From contig JBDHSG010000003.1 in the NCBI GenBank assembly GCA_039808005.1, positions 38,629 through 102,628 on the forward strand: a stretch of 64,000 bases of DNA. Reading direction: 5' to 3'. This DNA is from Brachymonas sp. (GTDB lineage Bacteria > Pseudomonadota > Gammaproteobacteria > Burkholderiales > Burkholderiaceae_C). Numbering within the stretch: position 1 is the first letter of the stretch; each line of letters begins with the position of its first letter. Shown in pieces: positions 49,489-58,411 of the stretch. The notes beneath the pieces were generated by a model. The model made no database searches. It was not told the DNA's origin and saw only the letters and a program-made list of their open reading frames with translations. The translations under genes were made by a program, and so were the position numbers.

Positions 49489-49668
49489 GAAAGGCAATTT
49501 AACACAAAAACCGTTGGGGAGGGGGCCGTTCGGATTTATTTGTTGGCGCGCGTCTTTTCCCGGCGACAGGCGCCCAACCATGCAACGGATGGGCCACGTC
49601 CGCGCAATGGCCGACGGTATTTGTGGGCCAGGTACATCGCCCGGGATCGGTTCGTCGTATGTTCCCGT

Positions 49669-50961
49669 TTACCCTGTTTTCTGCCACACGGCGCCAAAAA
49701 AACCGTCGGTGCCATGCAGGTCTGGCCACAGGCGCAGGAACTGTCCGGCCGGAACGCCAAAGGAATTGGCGGCAGGAGTGCATAGCTGCTCCGCATCCGG
49801 TACCTTGAACTCTCGCAGCAGTTGCGCGGTATTCAAGGGTTTAAACAGGGTTGCGTGTGCGGCGCTGAAATCCAGGGCAACGGCTTCATTCTCGGCTGGC
49901 AACAGGCTGCAGGTGGCATATACCAGGCGACCACCGGGCTTGAGCAGGCGCGCGGCATGGTGCAGGATGGTTTTTTGTCTTTCCGCGAAGGCCCGTACCT
50001 GATCGGGCGTCTGGCGCCATTTGAGATCGGGCTGGCGGCGCAGGGTGCCCAGGCCGGAGCAGGGCGCATCCACCAGCACGCAGTCGATCTTTCCAGCCAG
50101 GCGCTGGAGACGCTCGTCGCGTTCGTCCGCAATGGCCATCGGGTACACGTTTTCCAGGCCGCTGCGCGCCAGACGCGGCTTGAGCTGCTCCAGCCGGTGC
50201 GCGGAGGTATCCAGGGCATACAGGCGTCCGGTATTGCGCATGGCCGCGCCCAGCGCCAGGGTCTTGCCGCCTGCGCCGGCGCAGAAATCCGCCACCATTT
50301 CTCCGCGCCTGGCATCGAGCAGCAGGGCCAGCAACTGCGACCCCTCATCCTGTATCTCGATGTGTCCGTTTCGGAATAGCTCCAGGCGGCTGATGTTGGG
50401 TTTGTCCGCCAGGCGAATGCCCCAGGGGGAATACGGCGTGGCCGTTGCCGCAAGGCCTTCTTGCTGCAGCGTTGCCAGCACCGCGTTGCGCTTGGTATGC
50501 AGGGTGTTGACGCGCAGATCCAGCGGTGCCGCTTGTAACAGCGCTGCGGCGGCGGCGTCGAATCGCGGGCCCAGTTGTACTTGTAGCGCTTCAGCCAGCC
50601 ACGGGGGCAGATTGTGTGTGAGGGCCTCAGGCAGGGCGTCCGCTCTGGCCTGGTCGCACGCGGCCAGCCATTGTTGTTCTTCGGGCGAAAGGGCTGCCTG
50701 CAATACAGGCCGTGCCCCGGCAAAGCCAAGAATGGCCAGGCGCCGTTCGGTCGCGCCGCTGCCGCTGCGTGCCAGCCATTCGAACAGGGGTTTCCTGCGC
50801 AGGATGGCATAGACGGTTTCTGCCACCGTGGCCCGTTCACGCGGTCCCAGCGCGCGCTGTTCGCGGAAATAGCGGCCAGCCACCGTTTCTGCCGGGTGCT
50901 CGAAATGCAACAGGAGCGCCGTCAGCGCCGTGCAGTGGTCTAATAAATCCTTGGGATGCAT
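49669..50961 (-). CDS. RsmB/NOL1/NOP2/Sun-family RNA m5C methyltransferase
   Basis: IQDEGSQL, DFCAGAGGKT, VLVDAPCSGLG, LVYATCS, TDGFF. Confidence 0.92.
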   Translation of the reverse strand: MHPKDLLDHCTALTALLLHFEHPAETVAGRYFREQRALGPRERATVAETVYAILRRKPLFEWLARSGSGATERRLAILGFAGARPVLQAALSPEEQQWLAACDQARADALPEALTHNLPPWLAEALQVQLGPRFDAAAAALLQAAPLDLRVNTLHTKRNAVLATLQQEGLAATATPYSPWGIRLADKPNISRLELFRNGHIEIQDEGSQLLALLLDARRGEMVADFCAGAGGKTLALGAAMRNTGRLYALDTSAHRLEQLKPRLARSGLENVYPMAIADERDERLQRLAGKIDCVLVDAPCSGLGTLRRQPDLKWRQTPDQVRAFAERQKTILHHAARLLKPGGRLVYATCSLLPAENEAVALDFSAAHATLFKPLNTAQLLREFKVPDAEQLCTPAANSFGVPAGQFLRLWPDLHGTDGFFGAVWQKTG

Positions 50962-51048
50962 GGGGCGCTATTGTCCCATGCGTGATTTGCATATATAGGC
51001 TGCATCGGGCCGCAACAGGGGGCACCGTTTTTCAGTCGGGAGAGTGCC

Positions 51049-51432
51049 ATGCCACATCCAGCCGCGTCTTTTCGGGAAATGCCGCTGCCAGCGCATGCCG
51101 TTGCCGTGGTCGTTACCACCGTTGATGACGAGGAACAGGCCCGCCGCATGGCGCGCAGCGTGGTGGAACAGCAACTGGCGGCCTGCGTCCAGATCGAGTC
51201 CGTGGAAAGTCTCTACCGCTGGGAGGGCGCTTTGCAAGACCACCGGGAATGGCAGCTTTCCTGCAAAACCAGTGTGGCGCAGGTGGAAGACCTTTGGCAG
51301 GCCCTGCTGAAAATGCATCCCTATGCCGTCCCGATGCTGTATGCCTTGCCTGTCGCATCCGTGCATCCCCCGTATGCCCAATGGGTGGCGGATGCAACCG
51401 GCGGTGTTCCCAGGCCGCCATCCACGGTATAA
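51049..51432 (+). CDS. cutA: Divalent-cation tolerance protein CutA
   Basis: VVEQQLAACVQI, SLYRWEG, HPYAVP. Confidence 0.88.
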   Translation: MPHPAASFREMPLPAHAVAVVVTTVDDEEQARRMARSVVEQQLAACVQIESVESLYRWEGALQDHREWQLSCKTSVAQVEDLWQALLKMHPYAVPMLYALPVASVHPPYAQWVADATGGVPRPPSTV

Positions 51433-51518
51433 TGCACGGCTCCAGTGTGTCGCTGGCCGGGTGGCCAGTCGCGTGTCTCAAACGCTGGTGATATTTTTTC
51501 CACCCGAAGGATTGCAAC

Positions 51519-51782
51519 ATGGTCGTGATTCGACTTTCCCGTGGCGGCGCCAAGGCCCGTCCGTTTTTCAATGTGGTTGTGGCAGACAAGCGCGTGCGTC
51601 GCGATGGCCGTTTCATCGAGCGCATTGGTTTCTACAACCCCGGCGCCACCGAAAAGGAAGAAGGCCTGCGCATTGTGCAAGACCGCCTGGCGTATTGGAG
51701 AGGCGTGGGTGCACAGGTTTCTCCCACCGTGGAGCGCCTGGTCAAGCAGCTCGGCAAAAAGATGGAAAAAACCGCAGCCTGA
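51519..51782 (+). CDS. rpsP: 30S ribosomal protein S16
   Basis: [17 protein letters not shown]...[21 protein letters not shown] at 51427-51432 is upstream. Confidence 0.98.
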   Translation: MVVIRLSRGGAKARPFFNVVVADKRVRRDGRFIERIGFYNPGATEKEEGLRIVQDRLAYWRGVGAQVSPTVERLVKQLGKKMEKTAA

Positions 51783-51805
51783 TAGCGCTGCCGCTTTTTT
51801 CATGC

Positions 51806-51836
51806 AAGGCCCGGCTTCGTACCGGGCCTTTGTTTT
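51806..51836 (+). terminator. Intrinsic terminator between rpsP and rimM
   Basis: AAGGCCCGG-cttcgta-CCGGGCCTT-TGTTTT. Confidence 0.7.
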
Positions 51837-51896
51837 GGCTTTGCTCCGCTAGCCGGCCGCGTTTTCTTCATCTTCCAAACGCTTCACAATACGCCC

Positions 51897-52490
51897 ATGT
51901 CTTCCGTATCTGAGAACCTGCTTGATTGCCTGGATGGCGGCGAATTGCCTGCCGATGCCGTCGAGGTGGCGCGTCTGGGTGAGGCGTGGGGCGTCAAGGG
52001 CTGGGTCAAGGTGCTGGCGCACAGCGCCCATCCCGAGGCTTTGTTTTCCAGCAAACGCTGGTACCTGCAGCCGCCCGAACGCGGGGCTCGCCATTTTTCG
52101 GGAACCCGCATTCTGCCTGTCAGCCAGATCAGGCGGCATGGAGAAGCGCTGGTGGTCCAGTCCCTGTCCATCACCGATCGCACCACGGCCGAATTGCTGC
52201 GCGGCGCACGTGTTTTCGTGCCGCGTTCGTCGTTTCCGAGCCTGCCCGACGATGAGTATTACTGGGTAGACCTGATCGGCTGCGAAGTGGTCAATCGCGA
52301 GGGGGTGGTGCTGGGCGTGGTTGAGGAATTGCTGGCAACCGGTCCGCAAACCACCCTGGTGCTTCAGCAGACTGGCCCGGAAGCATCCGGCAGCCAGCGC
52401 ATGATCCCGTTTGTCAACGCCTTTGTGGATGCGGTGGACGTATCGGCCAAGCGCATCGTGGTGAACTGGCAGCCCGATTTCTGGGACTGA
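51897..52490 (+). CDS. rimM: Ribosome maturation factor RimM
   Basis: AWGVKGWVKV, EYYWVDLIGCEV, MIPFV, W..DF. Confidence 0.95.
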   Translation: MSSVSENLLDCLDGGELPADAVEVARLGEAWGVKGWVKVLAHSAHPEALFSSKRWYLQPPERGARHFSGTRILPVSQIRRHGEALVVQSLSITDRTTAELLRGARVFVPRSSFPSLPDDEYYWVDLIGCEVVNREGVVLGVVEELLATGPQTTLVLQQTGPEASGSQRMIPFVNAFVDAVDVSAKRIVVNWQPDFWD

Positions 52491-52507
52491 TTTTCGTCTG
52501 TTCTGCC

Positions 52508-53239
52508 ATGCGTTTCGACATCATCACCCTGTTTCCGGAACTGTTTGGCCCCATGCTGGAAGCGGGCGTGACGCGCCGTGCCTTTTGCAGTGGCGGGCCG
52601 GTGCAGATCAAGCTCTGGCAACTGCGCGATTTTGCCGAAGGGCCCTACCGTCGCGTGGACGACCGCCCGTTTGGCGGTGGGCCGGGCATGGTCATGCAGG
52701 CCGAGCCGCTCTGGCGATGCCTGCAGGCGATTCGCGCCGACCGTGCCGATCCTGCCGGGCAGCAGGTGCCTGTAGTGCTGTTTTCGCCCGCAGGCAAGCC
52801 GCTGAACCACGGCCAGGTGCAACGCTGGGCAGGCGCCGAATCCGGCGCCATTCTGGTGTGTGGCCGCTATGAAGGCGTGGACCAGCGGTTTGTCGATGCC
52901 TGCGTGGACGAGCAGATCAGCCTGGGCGACTTTGTGCTTTCGGGCGGCGAAATACCGGCCATGGCCCTGCTCGATGCCGTGGCCCGTCTGCAGCCGGGCG
53001 TGCTGCAGGATGCCGACAGCCACGCGCAGGACAGCTTCAATCCGGCGCTGGACGGGCTGCTGGACTGCCCGCATTACACGCGTCCCGAATCCTGGCAGGG
53101 CAGGGGCGTGCCCGAGGTGCTGCTCAGCGGCAACCATGCCGCCATCGCGCAGTGGCGGTACGCGCAGCGCATGCAACTGACTCGCGCGCAACGCCCGGAT
53201 CTGCTTGAAAAAAACGCTCCTCTCGAGCAAAAGGCCTGA
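52508..53239 (+). CDS. trmD: tRNA (guanine37-N1)-methyltransferase
   Basis: VDDRPFGGGPGMV, CGRYEGVDQR, SLGDFVLSGGE, HYTRP. Confidence 0.97.
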   Translation: MRFDIITLFPELFGPMLEAGVTRRAFCSGGPVQIKLWQLRDFAEGPYRRVDDRPFGGGPGMVMQAEPLWRCLQAIRADRADPAGQQVPVVLFSPAGKPLNHGQVQRWAGAESGAILVCGRYEGVDQRFVDACVDEQISLGDFVLSGGEIPAMALLDAVARLQPGVLQDADSHAQDSFNPALDGLLDCPHYTRPESWQGRGVPEVLLSGNHAAIAQWRYAQRMQLTRAQRPDLLEKNAPLEQKA

Positions 53240-53384
53240 CGCGTCAGCATCAGCCAGCAGCGGTGTGCCGCTTTATTCCTGTGCGCGGTTTTTGCGGCTG
53301 GCAGGATGGTTTTCGGGAGGGCTTGGCGCGCATCTGCCCGCCCCGGTTATTTGTCTGCATCCAACCCACCGCTGAAAAGGTGTG

Positions 53385-53951
53385 TCAGCTCTGGCGCAAA
53401 CGTGCGGCCACTTTGGCCACGCGCTCGCCGTAAGTACGGGCGGTGGCCAGATCGCCTGCATACATTTCGTCCGTTCCGGCGTCAGAAGGGGTGGTGGCCA
53501 ATGCACCGGCTGAACCACCCAGGGCATTCAGATCAGCACGGGTCGAGGCCTTGGCATTGCTGGGAAGTAGGCCCAGGCTTACCCAGATTCCACCGTGTTG
53601 TGCCGCCAGTGTCTGTAGGTAGATCATCGTGGCCTGCTTGTCGCCATTCATGCTGGCGCTGTTGGTAAAGCCGCCAAATACCTTGTCTTGCCACTGGCGC
53701 GAAAACCAGCACTTGCTGCTGGCGTCGGCAAATTTCTTGAATTGCCAACTGGGACCGCCCATGTAGGTGGGCGTGCCCAGAATGATGGCATCTGCTGTAG
53801 CCAGCTGTTCCCAGGCTGAATCGGGCAGATTGCCCTCGGCGTCGATGGCCAGCATGCTGCCCTTGGCTCCTTCAGCCACAGCTTGTGCCATGCGCGCGGT
53901 ATGGCCGTAGCCTGAGTGGTACACCACCACGATGTTCGGGTTTGGCATCAT
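53385..53951 (-). CDS. Flavodoxin-family (WrbA-like) oxidoreductase
   Basis: YHSGYGHT and GTPTYMG FMN-binding motifs, GGFTNSASMNGDK. Start at MMPNPN. Confidence 0.88.
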   Translation of the reverse strand: MMPNPNIVVVYHSGYGHTARMAQAVAEGAKGSMLAIDAEGNLPDSAWEQLATADAIILGTPTYMGGPSWQFKKFADASSKCWFSRQWQDKVFGGFTNSASMNGDKQATMIYLQTLAAQHGGIWVSLGLLPSNAKASTRADLNALGGSAGALATTPSDAGTDEMYAGDLATARTYGERVAKVAARLRQS

Positions 53952-53991
53952 TGCTCTCCTTTGCAAGGTTGAAAAATGGATTCGTCTCTTT

Positions 53992-54435
53992 TCAGGCGGC
54001 TCGTGCGCGCCAGGTATCCAGGCTCCAGGCGCCCGCGCCCAGGCCCGCCAGTGCAAGCAGGCCGCCTGCTATTGCCATATTCTTTTTGAAGAACAGGGAT
54101 TGCACCATGCGGGCCGCTTCAGGTACGGACCAGTAGGCATGGAAGTAATAGCTGGCCATCAGGGTGAAGACCGCCATCGCCAACGCTGCCCAGCGTGTTT
54201 TGAAACCCACGATCAGCATCAGCGATCCGGCGATTTCAATCACCACCGCCACAGCCGCTGCTGCCTGGGGTAATGGCAGGCCCACGGATTGAATATATCC
54301 CACCGTACCGGAAAAACCGGTCAGCTTGCTGATGCCCGCCGGCAGAAACAGGGAGGCGATCAGCAACCGTCCCCCCAGGGACAGCAGGGCATGGCCTGTG
54401 GCACAGGCCGGCGAATGGCTGGATGGGCTAGTCAT
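53992..54435 (-). CDS. DoxX-family membrane protein
   Basis: GRLLIASLFLPAGISKL, GFKTRWAA, FFKKNMAIAGGLL. Confidence 0.88.
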   Translation of the reverse strand: MTSPSSHSPACATGHALLSLGGRLLIASLFLPAGISKLTGFSGTVGYIQSVGLPLPQAAAAVAVVIEIAGSLMLIVGFKTRWAALAMAVFTLMASYYFHAYWSVPEAARMVQSLFFKKNMAIAGGLLALAGLGAGAWSLDTWRARAA

Positions 54436-54699
54436 GATGGGCTCCTTTCATTTAAAAACGTCGCGTCATGAACAAAATCCACGGTCTAGAGACGCGGGGT
54501 GACACACGATCAAGGCGCTACACAACAGAAGACTGCGGCTGAATTACGTTGAATCTTTTGGAGCTGTGCTGCAACCGCTTGTTCTGCCGAAATGGGTTTT
54601 CAAAACATGAAGCCTTGGCAACCCGATCAAAAAACGCTGGTTGGTGCAGCACTGTAAGATTTTATTGTGCAAAAAATGCAATGTATATTCACAGTATTG

Positions 54700-54714
54700 T
54701 TCAAATTATTTGAA
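54700..54714. promoter_or_regulatory. LysR-type operator (T-N11-A within a perfect inverted repeat)
   Basis: TTCAAAT-T-ATTTGAA, just upstream of the LysR gene and divergent from doxX. Confidence 0.6.
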
Positions 54715-54724
54715 TGGATGCGCA

Positions 54725-55735
54725 ATGCCATCGGCCTCCAACATCATCACCCCAGCCAATATTCGCCTGCTGCAGACAGTGGCCGAGCAAGGCAGTTTCT
54801 CGCGTGCTGCGCGGCTGCTGGGCCTGGTGCCAAGCGCCTTGAGCTATCGGGTGCGCCAACTCGAAGAAACCCTTGACTTGCTGTTGTTTGACCGCAGCGG
54901 CCGTCAGGCCCGTCCCACCGAGGCCACCATGGAATTGCTGCGTGAAGGCAAACGCCTGCTTGAAGAGATGGACAGCATCACCCAGCGCATCCGCCGTGTG
55001 GCCACAGGGTGGGAACCACACCTTACCATCGTGGTCGAAAACCTGCTCGACATGGGGGTTGTTCTCGAATTGTGTGAAGCCTTCTACGCACTGCAGCCCC
55101 CAACCCGGATCAAGATCCGGGAAGAAGTGATGACCGGTACCATCGAAGCCCTGACCGGCGGACAGGCCGATCTGGCCCTTGGTGTTTTGCTGGATGAAGG
55201 GTATGCCAACCCGCACATCGAACACCGCCCATTGGGCGCGATTGAGTTTGTGTATGCCGTGGCAGCCCACCATCCCCTGGCGTCGGTTGATCGGCCTTTG
55301 CTGCCTGAAGACCTCATGTCCTACCGTGCAGTGGTGGTGGCCGACAGTGTGCATCGGTCCGATGGCCGCAGCGTGGGCCTGTTGACGGGTCAGGCCCTGT
55401 TCACCGTGCCCGATATGGCGACCAAAATCGCTGCCCAAATCCGCGGGCTGGGCGTTGGCTACCTACCCGACAACATGGTGCGTCCCCATTTGCAAGAAGG
55501 CCGGCTGGTGGCCAAGACACTGGCACAACCCTCGCGCATTACCCACTTCAACAGTCGCTACGCTTGGCACAGGGGGCGCCAGCAACAGGGCCGTGCCCTG
55601 CAGTGGTGGTTGCAGCAGATCGCAAGTCCAGTTACGCGTCAGGCGCTGTTGTTCGGGCGGATGGCTGGGCAGGACGCAGGACCAAAGCCTTTTCTCGTCA
55701 AGGGTAGCAAATCGCGGCGGCAGCCACCTGAATGA
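54725..55735 (+). CDS. LysR-family transcriptional regulator
   Basis: HTH (GSFSRAARLLGLVPSALSYRVRQLEE..LLLFDR) and a substrate-binding domain. Confidence 0.95.
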   Translation: MPSASNIITPANIRLLQTVAEQGSFSRAARLLGLVPSALSYRVRQLEETLDLLLFDRSGRQARPTEATMELLREGKRLLEEMDSITQRIRRVATGWEPHLTIVVENLLDMGVVLELCEAFYALQPPTRIKIREEVMTGTIEALTGGQADLALGVLLDEGYANPHIEHRPLGAIEFVYAVAAHHPLASVDRPLLPEDLMSYRAVVVADSVHRSDGRSVGLLTGQALFTVPDMATKIAAQIRGLGVGYLPDNMVRPHLQEGRLVAKTLAQPSRITHFNSRYAWHRGRQQQGRALQWWLQQIASPVTRQALLFGRMAGQDAGPKPFLVKGSKSRRQPPE

Positions 55736-55820
55736 AAGGCCGCTTCCACCATCCGCGCACGGGCACTGTTGGGTGCCATGCCCCATGAGCGGGGGGTGAA
55801 CAGGCTCTAAAATCGTCTGC

Positions 55821-57677
55821 ATGAACCCCAGCCATACCCATAACGTTTCAAATCCTGCGGTAGAAGACACCGCCAAACCCAGCAATTTCCTGCGCCAGAT
55901 CATTGAAGCCGATCTGGAAAAGGGCACTTATGCCGCCCGCAAATGGGCCGGCAGCCCCGGCGATGCCACCCACCAGCAAAGCGGCCAGACCGACCCGGCC
56001 AGGATCCGCACCCGGTTTCCGCCCGAGCCCAACGGCTACCTGCACGTGGGCCATGCCAAAAGCATCTGCCTGAACTTTGGCCTGGCGGACGATTACGACG
56101 GCATCTGTCACCTGCGCTTTGACGACACCAACCCCGAGAAGGAAGAGCAGGAATACGTCGATGCCATTACCGATGCCGTGCGGTGGCTGGTGGGCAAGGC
56201 ATGGGTAAAGAACGGCGTGGAGCACCTGTACTTTGCCAGCGACTATTTCGAGCACATGCACCGCAGCGCCGTGCATTTGATCGAACAGGGCCTGGCCTAT
56301 GTGGATGAGCAAACGCCCGACGAGATGCGCAAGAACCGTGGCGACTTCACTACCCCCGGCACCGACAGCCCCTACCGCGCCCGCAGCGTGGCCGAGAACC
56401 TGCAGCGCTTTGCCGAAATGAAAGAGGGCAAGCTGGCCGATGGCGCAGCCGTGCTGCGCGCCAGAATCGACATGGCGCACCCCAACATCAACATGCGCGA
56501 TCCGGCCATCTACCGCATTCGCCGCGCCACGCACCACAACACCGGCGACCAGTGGTGCATCTACCCCATGTATACCTTTGCGCACCCGATCGAGGATGCG
56601 CTGGAGAACATCACCCACAGCATCTGCACGCTGGAATTTGAAGACCAGCGCCCGTTTTACGACTGGCTGATGGAGCACTTGAGCCAGGGCGGCATCGTCA
56701 ATGCCCCGCCGCCGCACCAGCACGAATTTGCGCGGCTCAACCTCACCTACGTGATCACCAGCAAGCGCAAGCTCAAGCAACTGGTGGACGAAGGCCATGT
56801 GAACGGCTGGGACGATCCGCGCATGCCCACCATCGTAGGCCTGCGCCGGCGCGGCTACACGCCCGAGGCCATCAAGCTTTTTGCCGAGCGCATCGGCGTG
56901 AGCAAGGCCGATAGCTGGATCGATTACAGCGTGCTCGAAGGCGCGCTGCGCGACACGCTCGACCCCATTGCCCCGCGCGCCATGGCCGTGCTCGACCCGC
57001 TCAAGCTCACCATTACCAACTGGGACGAAGTCATGGGCGCGGGCACACTGGACGTATGCAAGGCCCCCGTGCATCCACATCACCCCGAGTTGGGCGCCCG
57101 CACCCTGCGCATGGGCAAACACCTGTGGATCGAGCGCGAAGACTTCATGGAAGTGCCCAGCAAGGGCTACTTCCGCCTGTATCCGCCGCATGCATCGCCC
57201 ACCAGCAACCCGCCCGGCCAGCACAAGGAGGGCAACAAGGTGCGCCTCAAATACGGCCATGTGGTGGAATGCACCGGCTGCGCCAAGGATGCGGCAGGCA
57301 ACGTCACGGAAGTTTTCGTCCAGCTCATTCCCGACACCAAGAGCGGCACGCCGGGTGCGGACAGCATCAAGGTCAAAGGGGTGATTGGCTGGGTGGGCGC
57401 GGAGGACGGTGTGCAGGCCGACGTGCGCCTGTACGACCGGTTGTTTACCGACCCGCACCCCGACGCGGGCGGCAAGAACTTTCTGGATGTGCTCAACCCC
57501 AACAGCCTGAAGGTGGTAGCGGCGATGGTGGAACCTTCACTGGCCGCAGCCCAGCCCGGCCAGAACTTCCAGTTCGAACGCCACGGCTACTTTGTGGCGG
57601 ACGGCAAAGACCACGGTGTGGGCGGGAAGGTGGTGTTCAACCGAGTGACGGGGTTGAAAGACTCTTGGGTTAAATGA
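55821..57677 (+). CDS. glnS: Glutamine--tRNA ligase
   Basis: RTRFPPEPNGYLHVGHAKS, RFDDTNP, ITSKRKL (KMSKS-like), FQFERHGYF. TAAAAT lies 7 nt before the ATG. Confidence 0.97.
   Translation: MNPSHTHNVSNPAVEDTAKPSNFLRQIIEADLEKGTYAARKWAGSPGDATHQQSGQTDPARIRTRFPPEPNGYLHVGHAKSICLNFGLADDYDGICHLRFDDTNPEKEEQEYVDAITDAVRWLVGKAWVKNGVEHLYFASDYFEHMHRSAVHLIEQGLAYVDEQTPDEMRKNRGDFTTPGTDSPYRARSVAENLQRFAEMKEGKLADGAAVLRARIDMAHPNINMRDPAIYRIRRATHHNTGDQWCIYPMYTFAHPIEDALENITHSICTLEFEDQRPFYDWLMEHLSQGGIVNAPPPHQHEFARLNLTYVITSKRKLKQLVDEGHVNGWDDPRMPTIVGLRRRGYTPEAIKLFAERIGVSKADSWIDYSVLEGALRDTLDPIAPRAMAVLDPLKLTITNWDEVMGAGTLDVCKAPVHPHHPELGARTLRMGKHLWIEREDFMEVPSKGYFRLYPPHASPTSNPPGQHKEGNKVRLKYGHVVECTGCAKDAAGNVTEVFVQLIPDTKSGTPGADSIKVKGVIGWVGAEDGVQADVRLYDRLFTDPHPDAGGKNFLDVLNPNSLKVVAAMVEPSLAAAQPGQNFQFERHGYFVADGKDHGVGGKVVFNRVTGLKDSWVK
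57649..57658 (+). repeat. 10-bp direct repeat CGGGGTTGAA, left copy (inside the glnS 3' end)
   Basis: An identical 10-mer occurs at 60732-60741. Confidence 0.4.
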
Positions 57678-58411
57678 CAGAAAGTTCCCGGAATTTAAAA
57701 CTAATGAACCAGAGCTATACGACTCCTTTTGGATGTGAGTTAGATCTTGTAAATAAATTTATAGATTTTCTTTACGCCTCTGCAAGTAAGGAATATTTGA
57801 TCCACACTGAATTCGAGGGTGGGTTTGGACGACCCGATGTGCTGCTTTACTCCGTTCCACCTATTGAAGCTCTAACAGATATTCAGTCTCTTGAAAACAT
57901 AAATCCCAGATTCGCTCCACTCTTGTCAAAAAGGATTGCGAAGGCCATTTGTTCATACGAAAGTCTTGCACGCGCATGCGGTACATCTGAGAGCAACGCG
58001 AGAAGCATAGCCAAAGAACTAGCAAAGATTGATAGATTAACCTTCAAAACCGAACAGGCTCAGACATTTGATATTAAGCCTATAGAAAGGCAACCTTTCA
58101 AGTACGTAGTATCAATTGAGGCAAAGCTTAGAGATTGGCAACGTGCGCTTACTCAAGCATATAGATATACAACTTTTTCAAATGAGTCTTGGGTACTTCT
58201 GGATGAAGCTCGGGTTTCTCCTGCACTAAAGTCCCAACAAGTTTTTAATAATTTGGGTATTGGGTTAGCAACATTTTCATCGAAAGGTGAATTGCGAGTT
58301 TATATCAAGGCAGAAACAAGAATCAGTGCATCAAGCAGCAGTCTGGCATGGCGGACCCAAGCTCTGCTATCAAGAATTATTGCCTCAGTCAGAACTGATC
58401 TACCGCTTTAA
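57674..58411 (+). CDS. Putative PD-(D/E)xK nuclease-superfamily protein with an inserted HTH-like segment
   Basis: E-x-D-L helix, FGRPDV (PD), SIEAKLRDW (ExK), ALTQAYRY (QxxxY). The HTH-like YESLARACGTSESNARSIAKEL sits between PD and ExK. An alternative start is at 57704. Confidence 0.65.
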   Translation: MTESSRNLKLMNQSYTTPFGCELDLVNKFIDFLYASASKEYLIHTEFEGGFGRPDVLLYSVPPIEALTDIQSLENINPRFAPLLSKRIAKAICSYESLARACGTSESNARSIAKELAKIDRLTFKTEQAQTFDIKPIERQPFKYVVSIEAKLRDWQRALTQAYRYTTFSNESWVLLDEARVSPALKSQQVFNNLGIGLATFSSKGELRVYIKAETRISASSSSLAWRTQALLSRIIASVRTDLPL

